Shown here: in pieces, positions 43,278-58,200 of the stretch | How positions within the stretch are numbered: the stretch's first letter is position 1 | Layout of the letters: every line of letters starts with the position of its first letter | Source of the DNA: an uncultured Candidatus Saccharibacteria bacterium | GTDB lineage: Bacteria > Patescibacteriota > Minisyncoccia > Phycocordibacterales > UBA12088 | Length of the DNA: 64,000 nt | Assembly: GCA_964459635.1 (NCBI GenBank) | Contig: CAYWMQ010000001.1 | Span: 8,342-72,341, forward strand | Direction: 5' to 3' | The notes under the pieces: model-generated | Databases searched by the model: none | Told to the model about the DNA's origin: nothing | What the model saw: the letters and a program-made list of their open reading frames with translations, nothing else | Program-made: the position numbers and the translations under genes

Positions 43278-46200
43278 GTGCAAAATATCGCGCCGGTCGA
43301 TGCGGTGATCGAAGGTGTCGAGTACGCAGAGCCTGCCCCGGGCGAGACAGCAAGCGGTGCAGAGGTTGCGCCGGAGGCGGAGCGGGGCGCGGATGCGAGT
43401 AGTGCCGAGACACGTGCACGCCAAGCGGACGAGGATGTGCGCGTGTGCACCGTACTGGATATCCCCTGTCACACCATACGCTACGACGGCTTTGATATCG
43501 GCAGCGTACTTGCGGATCACACAGTACGCGAGTACACACTGCGGCTTTCGCTTGGTGCGCGAGTCGAGGGCGAGAGCTTCACCCCGGACAAGCTGCTTGT
43601 GCGGTACATGAGCGCCGGCACATGGCACATTGCGGGAGAAGTGGTGATCGACCGCGAACTGTCCAACTTCGACAGCGGCGGGCACTTCTCATTCCCCTTG
43701 CCGGGGCTCACCGCGTGGGATTCCTTGGCCGACCTTGCTGTGGAGCTTGAGTACGTTCGGCATGGTACTGCAGAGACAGAGTTCTATGTCGACAGCGTGT
43801 GGGTGGATGCGCGGTATGCGGTGGTGGACGAGGGTGAGGAGCTGCAACTGGCACCGAACATCTTACCCGAGCTCGCGGTACTAGAAGACTCGCGGCGGCC
43901 GGACATGCTTCTTGTCGGGGATGAGCGCATTACTCTGCCGAGGACAGACGCCGTGCCGGGCGACGAGCTCGTCATTCGCAGCGACCATGACGTATACGAT
44001 GGCCTCACACGGGTGCGCTCGTACCTGTCCGTTACGAACCACGGAGACACGGAAATGTATGCGGATCTCGTAGTACGTACGGGCCGCCATGCGGAAGTAG
44101 TGGGACTGCGTGAGCGCGTGCGTGCGGTGCCGCAGTCTACGTTGGTGCCCGAGTACAGTGACGTGGCGTATTTGTGTGAAGGTGGGTGGCAGCCGGGTAG
44201 CATGTCGCAGGGTGTAGCCGCGCCATCTGACGTACCGGCAGATACAAACACGACAGACGGGGAAGAAGTGGAGGATGGCACAGCGAGTTCCTCCGTATCG
44301 ATGACGGAAGCGCTTGTGAGCGATGGTACGGGATCCGCCACCCTAGATGACGTCGGCCCGGACGCTTCAGGTGAGACTGCAGACTCGGAGGGCGAACCCT
44401 ATACCTGCGCCGCGACAGGTGAAGAGCGCGTGTGCTCGTCTCTCAATGATGACGAGACGAACTGCATCGCCGAAGAAGAACGCATTTCGACCACTGAAGA
44501 AGTTGCATACCGTGAAGGATGGCAGCCGGTCGGCCTGCGGCCCTACCGTGAGCGCACGAGTTTCTGGCAGCGAGTGCTTCGCAGCGAGGCCACCACTACG
44601 TCGGAGTTGCCCAATGCGGTGGAGGCAGAGGAGCGTGTACGGCTTGCTCCGCGGGAGACGCGCTTTTTCGCGGTGGACGTCGAAGTGGGTGTGCAGCGTG
44701 CGGGTGAGTTTGCTTTTGAGCTTCGCGCGGGCGACACGCATGCCGAGCGGCGCATGTGGTGGCGCAGCGGCTACTCGCGTCGTGTGCCTCTTACCGTTCC
44801 TCGTGTAGAATCCGAAGCGCCCGAGGTGCCACTCCTGTATCGCGTGCGGATAGAGGAGAATGACGTGCCCGGGTTTTTCACCACAGCGCGGTTGGACGGA
44901 GGGGATGTGCGTTTTTATGATGCGGCGCTTCGTCTTGAGTTACCGAGCAAAGTGGTCTCATTTTCATACGTTGAACAGGCGGCAGAGTACTTGGTGGAGC
45001 TTGGAGAAAGCTCGACACAGGCGAGCTCAAGCATCTTTGCATATTACGGTAACGATACGGTGATGGAAGCGTCACGGATGCGCGCCCCCTCGCAAACAGA
45101 TACGCCCATAGAGTACGTCCGTGCGGCGGAGTCCGCTACGGGGGCGCTCGTGTCTGTGACAAGTTTGCGTGACGGCAACACCATGCGTACGGGTGCGGGA
45201 GGTACGGAGGTGACACTCCACGAAGGTGAAGCGCTTGATATGGTGCTGGGAGAGGAGCCGCTCTATGCTCGCGGGCCCCTGCTCATACGCCCGGCCGACA
45301 CCGTGTCCTCAAAGGAAATGCGCGCGTTCGCGCTTACGCTTCCTGCGCATACCTACAGCCTCGCGCAAGGCACGTCGAGCCTCACGTATGTGGTAGAGCG
45401 CTACGCGAGCACAAGCCCCGAGCTGCGCTTTGGAGACGTGGAAGAGCTTCCGGTACCTGCGGTCGGTATTTTTGAGCCGCTCTCCTTTACCGACCAGCTC
45501 TCGCGCATACTGTACTTGCGCTCACTCACGGGCCCCGCGTACCACGACTTCCTTGAAGAGCTGCGCGACTTTGAGCTTGGCGATGAAGTGGTGTTTAAGC
45601 TCCGGTACAAGCCACAGCGGTGGGGTATCACGCGCTTTTTCCGCGGGCTTGTGCGCGACCGCCTCGCCACAGTGGCGGGCGTGCGTCTCCTGTACGGTGG
45701 GGAGGTCCTCACGGACGCGCGTTTTGACGTCTCGTACGGCGCAGAAGGCGAGTGGACCATCAAGCTTACAGAAGCGCCGAGAAGCCTCGTACCGGGCAAG
45801 TACTCCGTCGAGCTCACCATTGACGAAGTGGGCGAACTCTACACCGACACCTTTGATTTTTACTTCGGGGTGCTTGCCGTGAACACGCCGGAAGCCACGT
45901 ACGAGACGGGCAGCGTGGCCGAGTTCCACATGGCCGCGCTCGACGATCGTGGTGACACCATATGCGATGCGGAGCTGCGCTTGCTCATCACACCACCGTC
46001 CGGTCTGGCGGAGGAGATACCGGTAGAGCGCTCCACCACCTGCGGTCCCAACAACGTGACCGATGAGCCCGACTACCGCGCGCTCTATCGTTTGCGGGAG
46101 AGTGGCACGTACGACCTTGTTCTCACGCATGTAAACAGGGAGGGTGAGATAGTGCACCAGGTGCGCGATGCAGTGCACGCGGCCGAGCGCATGCCGTACA

Positions 46201-49200
46201 CGATAGAGCGGGCGGGCGCCACGCGCATCTGGCCGAAAGCGCCTTACACCATGCACCTCACCGTGTCGGCACGCGAGGACTGGAGCGGCACGTTGGTGGA
46301 GGCACTGCCGCGTGACTTCGTAGTGACGGACGCGGGCGGTGGGGAGTCGTCGGTGTGGGGCGGGGCCAAGCGTCTGAGTTGGGAGCTTACACTTGCGGCG
46401 GGTGAGTCGGTCACACTTTCGTACGAGTACGATGCGCCCGATCGCTCGCCGTACCTCTACCTCCTCGGGCCCGCGGAGCTTCGTGTGGGAGAGCAGGCTG
46501 CGTACCGCGAAGCAAAGAGCTGGAAGCTCGCCTCCGACGCGCTCGGGCAGTACACCGAGTCCTACGTCACCTTTACCCCAACGGTAAATGACACGTGGAC
46601 GACCATTGATCTCTCCGGTGCGCCGTACAGCATACCCGCGAACGCCATTCTTGAGATCGCGATCTCAAACGTGGACACAGGTAACGAGGCATACGGCGGT
46701 GTACGCAGCGGTGCCTCGACCACGCTCGACCGCCGTGTACGCATTCATGAGGCCGAGCCGTCAGGATCGGACGTCACCACCATGTTCGTACAAGCCAGTG
46801 CAACGTCAAGCATTCAGTACTACTCCGACGACACCAATGACATACGCTTCACCATTCTTGGCTACTGGACGAGCGGCACGTATACCGAGCGTTGGAGTGT
46901 GTTTGGACCTGCGGCGAACAACTGGACAACAGACTGGAACCTTAACACGTACGGCGTAGCCGACGGCAACGTGGCGGAAATCGTCTTAGTGAACACAGAT
47001 GGTTCAAATGAGTACGCTGCAGGCGTACGCACACTAGGCTCTACACTCACGCGCGAGGTGACCATACACGAGCCTGAACAGGGCGGCGTAGATACCGCTA
47101 CCATGCTTGTACGCGCGAGTACCTCCAACGCGACCATACGGTATCGTAACGCAAACGCTGCAATAGACTTCTACGTGGCAGGCTTCTTTTCGACGTTGCC
47201 CACCGGTCTTGAGTACTATGAGCGGTGGGACGACCTCGGCGGGCCAGCCAGCGCAAACACATGGACCGATCGCAGGCTCGACGACATCACCGTTCCCAAT
47301 TCAGCCATCGCAGATGTTGCGTATGCCAACACTGCTGCAGACGACACCACAGTCACGATCGGTGTGCGTGCCAACGGCTCGTCACTTTCCCGCACCGCCG
47401 AGCTGCACGAGGCTGAGGCGGGTGGCCAGAACCACGCGCGGTCGCACGTCACGGCAGGCAGTGATGCAAGCAGCACCATCGAATACTTCACCGGTAACAC
47501 CGCATACGACTCATTCCGGCTCGCCGGATACTGGGCAGCCGCCAACTATCCGCCCGATGCACCAACGCTCCACGACATACCGTTTGACAATGAAAAAACA
47601 GGGAGCTCGACACCGTACTTCGAGTTCACCGCATCCGACCCCGATGGCTCTAGCGATATCGTCTATCAGGTGCAGTGGGATGATGATGCCGACTTGGATG
47701 CTTCACCTCTGGGTGACCGCTCAAGTGATAATGAAACGGGCTGCTCTCCCAACTGTTTTGCCAATACCGTAAGCGGTGGCGACACCTCGCCTTTTACCGA
47801 GGGGCAGCGGATACGTTTCAGCATACAGAGTGCGCTCACGAGCGGTACCACATACTACTGGCGTGTACGTGCCAAAGACAGCAGCGGTTCGAACATCTAC
47901 TCCGAATGGACAGAGGTGCGTTCTTTCACATACGTGGCCGACACGAATCCGAAAGCGTGGTACCAAACAGCCGATGCGCAGTTTGACGGTGGTACTTTTT
48001 CGGGCGCGGAAACGTACGGTGCCAATTCCGTACGCCTTGCGACCACACCGCCCGTTGGCGCCATGGTGGCGTACGGCGAAGGTACGGTGGCGACACCACG
48101 GTACCAGATATGGAACGGTACCGCGTGGGGCGGAGAGCTCAGTGCGCAGAGCGCTACGGGTAGAATAAGCTGGACCGTACTGCGTGCCGCTCCCACACGG
48201 GATGAATATGTCCTGGTGACGCAAACCGCCACAGGCACCGTATTGGCGCAGGTGTACAACGGCACAAGCGGTACGTGGGGCAATGCACGCGTGATGACGA
48301 GCGCGGCCCCAAGCGCCGATCGTCGCGCGGTTGACGTGGCGTACCGCGGTCTTTCGGGTGAGGCGGTGGTGACGTACTGCGATGGTGATACCGACCCAAG
48401 CACGAACATTTGGAACGGCACGAACTGGTCCGCCACCACCACCCTCGACACGCAGTTCAACAGCGCCTGCAACTGGGTCGCGCTCGCTGCAAGTGACGCG
48501 AGCGATGAAATAGCGGCGGTCGTGCAAGCCGACAGTACGAACACCACCTCCGACTTTGAGGCGCAGATACTGACCGGTACTACGTGGGGCAACAGTTACA
48601 CCGGGGGCAGCAATACGGCGGGTGAAGAATTTCTTGAACGCATGTCGATCGCGTATGAGGAGTCGGGGACGGAAGCGGTGGTCGTCGTAGGCAACGGCGG
48701 CACCGCCAGTTTTGTCAGTGCGGTCTGGAACACTACGGCACAAACATGGACCGCAAACGCAAATCGCGGCACGCAAGACGACTTTGAGTGGTCTGAGTTT
48801 GCTGTGGATGATGGGTCCGACAACCTCGGTCTATGCTACATAGACGAGGACAACCAAGTCCACATCGCCAAGTGGAACGGCACGAGTAACACGTGGGACG
48901 CGTACGATGCCGCGGGTGACCAAATAGACACTGGCGGAAAGGCAAACGGTACAACCGACTACCACGCTCGGCCCGTCACGTGCCGGTACGAAACAACAGC
49001 AGGCCGCGATGGCTATCTCATGGTGCCGTACTCTGATACCACGAACGCGCGGTATCGTGTGTGGAGCACATCACTTACCGTTGAGCAGTCCATCTCGACC
49101 ATAGAGGATTCATGGACCGTGAGCAGTGCGCGCACGGGGGATGGCCTCATTCTCACGCTTTGGCGCGACGATACCAACGACCGCTTCGACTTCTCCTACT

Positions 49201-52200
49201 GGAACGGCAACTCGTGGTCGGCACGTGCCGCGTTGGAGAGCTCAATGGCCGATGATACAGAGCCCTATGCCGAGCCGGCCATGATAGCCGCACAGCGGTT
49301 CCAAGCGTCTGCCGGCTCCATCGTTTCGCCCATCATTGATTTCGACAGTGTGCCCGGGCAAAGCTCCTGGGGCGAACTCCTATGGACCACCACTGAGCCC
49401 TCGGGCACCGACGTTGTCATGCAGGTGTACTACGCCACCACGACCGCGGTCTGCAACGTGCTTGTGCCGGACGCGGCGCTTGCGGGCAACAGCACCGGTT
49501 TTCAAGCCACCTCGAGCCCGCTCAACCTCTCCGGACTTTCGACCTCTACCTACAACATGTTGTGTCTCAAGGCCTCGCTCTCCTCACAGTCAAGCCAGTC
49601 GTCCACCTTGGATGAGTGGACGGTCTCGTGGGTGCGACAGCCGTTCCTTACGCAAACCGCCTACCGCTGGTATGCCAATACAGATGCAAACACACCCACC
49701 GATGTGTGGCCGGTGGGCAGTAACAGTGTGGCGGAGAACGAAGCCATTTCGACCGCCTTCGCACCTAACGTGGGTGATGTATTGCGGCTTCGCTTGGGTA
49801 TGCTTGACTCTAACGTGACGTTGGCCGCAAGTAGTACCGCATTTACCCTGCAGTGGGCCGAAGGTGTGTCATGCAGTGCCAGTATGGACTGGCAGGATGT
49901 TGGTGCGTCCGGTAGTAGCGTCGCATGGCGCGGGTACGATAACGCGTCCGTGTCGGATGGTGCAACGCTCAGTTCGCGTCTTCTCAGCACCACTGACGTG
50001 TCTTTTTCATACGAAGAAGTCAATGACACCGCGACAAACACCAGTGCGCTCGCTCCCACGGAGGAGGCAGAGTTCGACTTTGTGCTGCAGCACAACGCGA
50101 CATCTTCCACCAACTATTGCTTCCGTCTCATCAACGATGATGGTTTGCCCATCAATCAGTATGACCGGTACCCGCAGCTCATAACGAACGCGCCACCCTC
50201 TACGCCGGTGCTCGCAACACCATTTACCTACGAAGCGCTCGCCTCGACCACACCATGGTTTACGTTCGTGGCGGAGGACATAAAAGGTGACGATATCCAC
50301 TACGAGATAGAGATCGACGATGACCCTGCGTTCGGCAGTCCGCTCACACGAAACAGTGCCGATCACTTCAATGAGTTCGTTAACACCGTCACGCCGGCCG
50401 ACAAGAGTCCGTTCACCTCCGGTGAGCAGGTGCGCTTCGTGCCCACTACTGCACTTACCGACAACACAACCTACTGGTGGCGCGTGCACGCACGAGACCC
50501 GTCCGGCAGCAACGACTGGAGTGACTGGTCCGTGGCGTGGAGCTTCACCGCCTCATCGACCGTGAGTATCTCGACATGGTTCCAAACTACGTACGAGCAA
50601 TTTGAGGAAAATGATCATGAGAACACCGAAGCGACCGTGAGTGATGATGTGGCACTCATCCCCTCGAACACACTTGGTACGACGACCGCGCCCGGTATCA
50701 AGTTTGCGTGGAAGACTACCGGCAATGCGTGGGGCTCGCTCTCATGGACCGAGAACGAAACGACAGGCACTTTGCGAACGCGTGTACAGTACAACAACAA
50801 CGGGATCTGGGAGCTCATCCCCGACTCGGTGCTTTCCGGTAACAGCGTGGGATTTGCAGCGGGCCCGGTGTCGCTTTTGGGTCTTGACCCGACACTCTAC
50901 AGCGAGATACGTCCGGTTGCGTACCTGCAAGACGTGAGCGGATCGCCGCGACTCCTGGACTGGACGTTGAGCTGGGGACTCGCGGTAGAACAGCCCACGC
51001 TCACGAGTCCGTTTGACAACGAAAAAGTTGCCACCGTCACTCCAAGCTTCACCTTCCGATCCACCGATCCCCAGGGCAACGACCTTACATACGAGATCCA
51101 GTGGTCCGCGACACCGGACTTCGCGGCATCCACCACGCGCACGTCCGGCACGCATACGGGCTTTACGAACACCGCGAGTTCGACCGATACCTCACCGTTT
51201 CTTGAAGACAACATCATTCGCTTCACGGTGCAGGGTGCGGATGCGCTTACCAATGGGGCCACCTACTGGTGGCGCGTTCGAGCGAAAGACCCCGGCGGTG
51301 GCGACACGTGGAGCGTGTGGAGCCCGATACGCAGCCTCACGGTGGATACGAGTATCACGGTCTCAACATGGTTCCAAACGACCGATGAACAGTTCGATAC
51401 TGATTTTTTGACCGACCTTGAAACCTACGGCTCAGACCAAGTGCGCATTACCTCTACCATTCGTGAGGCGCTCGTGGCATACGCGGAAGGTGTGGTGCAG
51501 ACGCCGCGGTACCGCTTGTGGAACGGCAATGCCTGGGGCACCGAAAAGAGCGCCGCGAACATAGGAGAACGCATCTACTGGATACGCACCGCTGCGGGGC
51601 CCGCGCGCGACGAGTATGCCATGGTGACGGGCGGCCTGTCGGGCGCAGTGAAAGCACAAGTGTACAACGGTACGACCGGCCAGTGGGGCGATCTTGTTGA
51701 TATGAGCACACCGGCCGCAACAAACAGGCGCGGGTTTGATGTGGCGTATGAGTCCGTGTCGGGACGCGCAATGGCCGCGGCATGTCGCGGTGCGGATGCG
51801 GTGTATCGTACATGGGACGGCGCGAGCTGGAGCGCTACGTCCACCATAAACCTGGGTTTCACTCAAAACTGTGAGTGGCTCACACTTGCGAGCGACCCAA
51901 CTTCAAACGAAATTATTTTAGCTGCGCGCGCGAACACCGCGAACACCCCGTACGCGTTTGAAGCGCAGGTATGGAACGGCTCTGCATGGGGCAACAGTAC
52001 TGCGCAGGGCTTGATGGAATCTACGGACGCAGAGAACATCGGCATGGCCGTTGCGTATGAAGAGTCGGGCGATCAGGCGCTTTTTGTGACCAGCAACGGC
52101 ACCAACGCAAACTTCCACTGGCGCACCTGGAACGGCGCGTGGTCGGGCACGAGCTCCACCACGACCGTTGACGATTTGGAGACTCCGAAGATAGCGCAAG

Positions 52201-55200
52201 ATGCGGGCTCCGATGCGCTTGGGCTCTGCTACATCACAAATCTGAACAGCATGTACTACATGCGCTGGGACGGTTCGAAATTTGTGAGTGCACCCACTCA
52301 GTTTTCGGCAGATAGTAACAGCAAGGATGGCGGACATGCATTCGACTGTGCGTACGAAACCACCGCCGGCCGCGATGGGTACCTCATGATGCCGTACACC
52401 GACGGCACGCTTGGCTACTATCGTTTTCATAACACCTCGACCGGCCTTTCTGCTGAAGCGGCTCTGTCGAGTGTAACCGACTCATGGTCGGTCGAAAGCG
52501 TTCGTACGGGCGACGGGCTTATTCTGGCCGTCTTCTGGGACGATGCGAATACGCAGTTTGACTTTTCATACTGGAACGGCACCGCCCCGTGGAGTGCGCG
52601 GCAAACGCTCGAGACAAACGTATCCACCATCGTAAACCCCATAGTTCCCGTGTCGCTCACCCCCCGCCGGTACACCTCATTTACGTCAGGCACCCTCGTC
52701 TCAGACCCCATTCATTTTTCCGACGGTACTGGGCCGCGCTGGGGAGTGGCAAGCTCGACGGATACCACACCGGGCGCCTCAGAGATACGCTACCAGTTTG
52801 AGCACAGCACCGATAATGGAGAAACATGGGCGCTCATACCGGACTCTGCATTGCCCGGCAACTCCGTAGGTACCACCTCAAACACGGTTGATCTCTCCGC
52901 GCTTTCATATACCACGTATGACGTCATACGCTATGTGGCCAACTTCGCCTGCGTCTCGGGTGACTGCCCCATACTGCACGACTGGACGATCGCATGGTCT
53001 GAGGGGCTCAAGGTTTCCGGTACCGCAAAGGGCTACGACGAGAGCACCAACGTGACGAGTGGTACCGTGGCGGTCGCGGTGAATGGTGCTGTGCAGACGG
53101 GTAAGACGGCGAGTATCTCGGGCGGTACATGGCAGATAAACAACGTTACCATGTTCCCGGGCGACACGGTCCATGTGTGGATACAAGGCGCAGCAGACGC
53201 AAACGAGGCGGCAGCGGTCTTTCGGTACGACGGTGTGGGCGACACGACGGGTGTCGAGCTCTTTGAGCGGCACCTCACCATAGGCTCACATGATGCGACC
53301 ACAACAACGAACGCCCACATTGCGCTCTACGACAACAGTGCCTCGGGGAATGAAGACCTGTTCTTTGAGGTCGACAGCGGCAACGACCTCACCGTGTGTT
53401 CGGTCGGAGCGTGCAGCGATGCGGAGCTCTTCGTGGCTCAGGGGTACACGTACCGGCCCGACTCCGCTTCGGGCGGCAACGTTTCCACGCACGATATGGA
53501 GATAGCCGGTACATTGACCGCAGACGGCAACACGCTCACGGTGTCGGGCTCATGGGAAAACCGCGGCATCTTCACCGCAAACAGTTCAAGCGTTATTCTC
53601 CGTGCGACATCCAGCCAAGAAACCTTGAGCTCTGTCGGCGCCACGACGAGCGCGTTCAACATACTGACCTTGGGGCAGACCTCCGGTAATGCCACGTGGA
53701 CGCTCGCAGGACCCCTCGAAGTGGACGGCAACTGCACCCTGTCGTACGGCACACTAAATGGGTCTACATCCGCGCTCTTCCTGGGTGGCAATTTTTCACT
53801 TGCTGCGGGTACGACCTTCCTCAAGAGCACGGGCACCACAACATTTGACGGGACCGGTGTAGCGGTGATTACAGATGCAACTGCGGCAAAGCAAGACTTG
53901 GGCAAGGTAGCTGCAAGCGGTACGAGCAAAACGGTGCGTCTTGGCTCAGCACTAAAGCTTACCGACCTCACTATATACACGGGAAACACGTTCGACGTGT
54001 CGTCAAACAACTACGCGCTTGAGGTACGTGGTGATTTCCGGAACAGCGATTCGTTCTCGGCACGTGCAGGTACCGTCACCATGACGGCAACGACCACGGG
54101 GCGCACACTTGTGCCTGGCAACTCTCCTTTGTATGACCTGACGTTCCAAGGGGTGGGGGGTAACTGGGCGTTTGGACAGCCTCTTGTTACGGTGCAAAAC
54201 AACTTGACCATTGCGACCGGCACCGTCACGCTCGCAACAGGCACGACAACAGTATCGGGAAGTTTGTCTAACAGTGGCACACTTGTGCACAACAACGGTA
54301 CGTTGGAACTCACCGGAAGCGGTTCGAAAACGTTGACGCAGGGCGGCTCACCACTCTACAACCTCACCGTAAACGGTGCAGGCGCGTGGAGCTGGACCGA
54401 GCAAAACGCGACATCCTCCGGATCCACACGTATCCTGAACGGCACGTTGACAATGCCGGCGGAAACGTACGCGGTGGGCAAGTCTTTTGTAAATGCCGGA
54501 GGCACCGTCGCCCCCAATGGCGGCACGCTTCGCTTCACATCGAACGTAGCCGAAACAGTGCAGGCAAACGGTTCTGCACTCTACGGGCTCACGTTTGACG
54601 GCGCGGGAGGGACGTTCGCGTTGGCGGACACCAACCTTGTTGCAAGCGGCACGGTGCGCTTTGTTGCGGGGACGACCACGCTTCCATCGGGTACTATGAC
54701 CGTGTCGGGTTCTTGGGTTACGACGGGCGGCACGTGGAATGCGAATGGTGGCACTGTGCTCTTTAACTCGGCGGCCACGGGACGTACGGTCACTACCGGC
54801 ACCAACAACTTTGCGTCCGTGACCTTTAATAGTGCGGTGGGTGGCTGGAGCATCGACTCGCATGCAACGTCGACCGGTGCATGGTCACTTCTTGCCGCTC
54901 AAAGCTACACGGTCGCGAGCGGCAACACCATGGCTGTAGGTGGGGCGTTTGTCAACAATGTACCGGGTGCCACCACATGGACCGGCTCCACACTCGCACT
55001 CAGCTCCGGCACTTCGTATACGGTAGGGAGCTCAAGTCAAGCGGCGGAAACATACGGCACGCTGCGCATTGGTGCAAATACCGACGTGAAATTCTGGCAG
55101 TCGTCCGCAGCAAGCTATGCGGTCGACAGTACCGGTTCTCTCTACTCTCAGGATCATGCGGCACAGAATGGCGACCTGTATATATGGGGAGAGTACGTGC

Positions 55201-58200
55201 GTACGAGCGGTACCGAGCACTGGAGCTATGCGACAGACTTTGATGGCACCGATATCGGCGGCTCTCCGCGGCAAGTGGACGTGCGCTTTGCCTCCGGTGC
55301 ATCCGCCCAGTTCACCGGTGCGACCTTGTCGCTGCGTGGAGACGCAGCCGCCACCACCACGCTGGCGAATCAAGGCTCGGGCAGCTACAGGCTGCAGCTT
55401 ACGGGAAGTACGTTGTTGGCGGAGTACTTCAGCGTTGCAAATACCGATGCGGATGGACTCGCGCTCATGGCGTCTACCACCGTGAACTACTTGCGTGACG
55501 GCACGTTTACGCTTGACACACAGGGAGGGTCAATGCTCACGCTCGCATCCACCACCATTGACAAAAATCCGCTCTTACAGCCGGACCGCCTTTCTTTTGG
55601 AACGTCCACCGGTATCTCGACAGGGTACAACGTCACCGCCTCCGGTACAGCCTCGTCCTATTGGTGGTTCAAGAACACGAGCGGCAACTATGATGGTGAG
55701 TCATACGACAATGACCCGGTTGCAGGCGCAGGGAGCATACGGTGGGATGACTCGGGCTTTACGATAAACGTGTCCGGCACCGTCTACACGGGAGAAGGTG
55801 CGGGTGTACCCGCGTACTGCAACGGGTCCACACAGGTGCTTCGGCTTGTGGTACAGGGCGTGACGACGTACGACACATCGTGCGCTGCAGGTACGGGCGC
55901 ATTCACATTCTCCGGCGTTACGTACTCGGGCGATGTCACGTTCATGGCGTTTCTCAACGGCACGTCGGGGCGTGGCGCCACCGTCTCACGTACACCGCAA
56001 GGGAACATTGCGGGCTTCGACCTTTACCAGGATCGCGTCATAGTGCGTCACGAGGATACTGCGGCGCTCAGTATAGCGAACATGCTGCTGTATGATGCGG
56101 ACCAAGACCTAGACATTCCGTTCGACGCTGAAGCGGGTTCTCTCACCGTATCTCCGGAGACCGGCCTCCATGTGTGGGCCGCAAAGACGTTCGCACCGAG
56201 CGGCAATGTCACGCTTCAGTCCGGCGGCTCGGGCGCAGTACAGGACGGCACGCTTCGCCTTGCCTCGGGGAGCGTCTTTACCGCGGCGGGATCGGAAAGT
56301 CACAGCATCGGAGGTTCGTGGATAGCGAACACGGGTGCCACCTTTACGGCTGCAAACTCCACGGTAAACTTCACGGCGACCACTACAGGCAAGACCATTG
56401 CACCGAGCGGCAGCTTCCACAACCTCTCCTTTACGGGGTTAAACGGCGGCTGGAGTGTGGCCTCTTCGACGCAGGTGGCGAACAACCTTGCGGTATCAGC
56501 GGGTACCGTAAGCGGCACCGGAAACGTGACGGTGGATCTTGGTGCATTCTCAGGAAACGGGAGCGTCACTATGACGGGTGGTACCGTAACGGTGAACAAG
56601 GGTGGCAATTTCGGCGGTAATAGCACGTGGACGTTCAACAATTTGACGCTTGGCGATGGTACATCGGGCACCACCGCCAAAGTGGGCTCCGGGGATATAG
56701 CCGTAAGCGGCGCACTTACCGTGAGCGCCAATCATATCTTGGAGGCGGGTTCATACACTTGGACGCTTACGGGGAGCGGTGCGGTCTTGTTGGTACCCGG
56801 GACCTTTACCGCACAAACGTCCACCACAACATTTGCGGGCACAGGTGCAATGACGGTCCCGGCGCTCACATACCACAACCTCGTGCTTGCGCCAACCGCG
56901 GCGGGCAGCCCCACGTACACGCTCGCGGCCGGGAGCCTTACGGCCAATACCGTTACCGTAGGGAACGGTACGCACCCGGTGACGGTGCAGGTAAACACAA
57001 ATGATCCGCTCATAACGGTTGCCGGCACCTTCCGTAACCGCACAAACGCAACGTACCAAGCGGCGAGCGCCAATGACCTCATGATCGCAGGCTCGTACAT
57101 AAACGAAGGTACCTTTACGGCAAACGGCGGTGGTGTGGTAATGAACTCCGCAGACACGGGCGAGCTCGTGACGCCGGGTGCATCGTCTTTCCATCACCTG
57201 ACGTTCAACCATGCGAGTGGCGGCTGGACCATTACAGGCAATGCAACGACGACCGGTAATTTCACCCTGACGGCCGCCTCCAACTTTACACAGGCGAGTG
57301 GCAGCACGCTTAGGGTAGAGGGCATTTTCCTTAACAGCGTGGGCGGTGGTGCGACCACGTGGAGCGGCACCACGCTCGCGTTGTACTCCGGTACGAGCTA
57401 CAGCATGAATACCAAGACGACCGAGGGCGACACCTACGGCACGCTGTCGGTAGGCACAAATACCGACGTGGCGATGTGGAACTCTACGTCGTCAAGCTAC
57501 AGCATATCCCCGTCGGGCTCGCTCTATTCACAGGACCACAACAGCGTAGATGGCGCACTCTATATATGGGGCGACTACACGCGCACGAGCGGTACCGAGC
57601 ACTGGAGCTACGCCACCGACTTTGACGGCACCGATATCAGCGGCACGCCGCGCCAAGCGAAGGTGTACCTTGCGGAAGGAGCATCCACCACACTCTCTGC
57701 CGGGACGTGGAATATCCTTGGTACTTCGGGCGCCACCACCACCATTCAAAATCAAGGGAGCGGTGTGTACGGCCTCAAGGTTGCAGGCGGCACCTTTAAT
57801 GCGCAGTACTATCGCGTGCGTAATGTAAATGCGCTCGGTCTCGAGTTTGCGGGCACACCGACCGTGACCTCGCTCTCGGATGGCGACCTGGAGCTTGGCA
57901 TCACAGGCGGCGCGATGCTCACGATACCTGCATCGGTCATTACGACGAACCCCGTCAAGACCTGGTATCGCGTTTCTTTTGCGACCAGCTCCGGTGTTAC
58001 GAGTGGGCGTAACGCAACGAGCTCCGGCACCACCGCAAGTTCGTGGCGCTTTACCCCCGCGCTTGGCAACTACTACGGCGAGGCGTACGATGGCGACCCG
58101 GCGGGCGACCCCGGCTACCTCATATGGGACGACAGTAATGCGCAGGTCTCGATAGGCGGCAATGTGTACAGCAACGAAACAGGTACGGTGTCTGCCTTGT

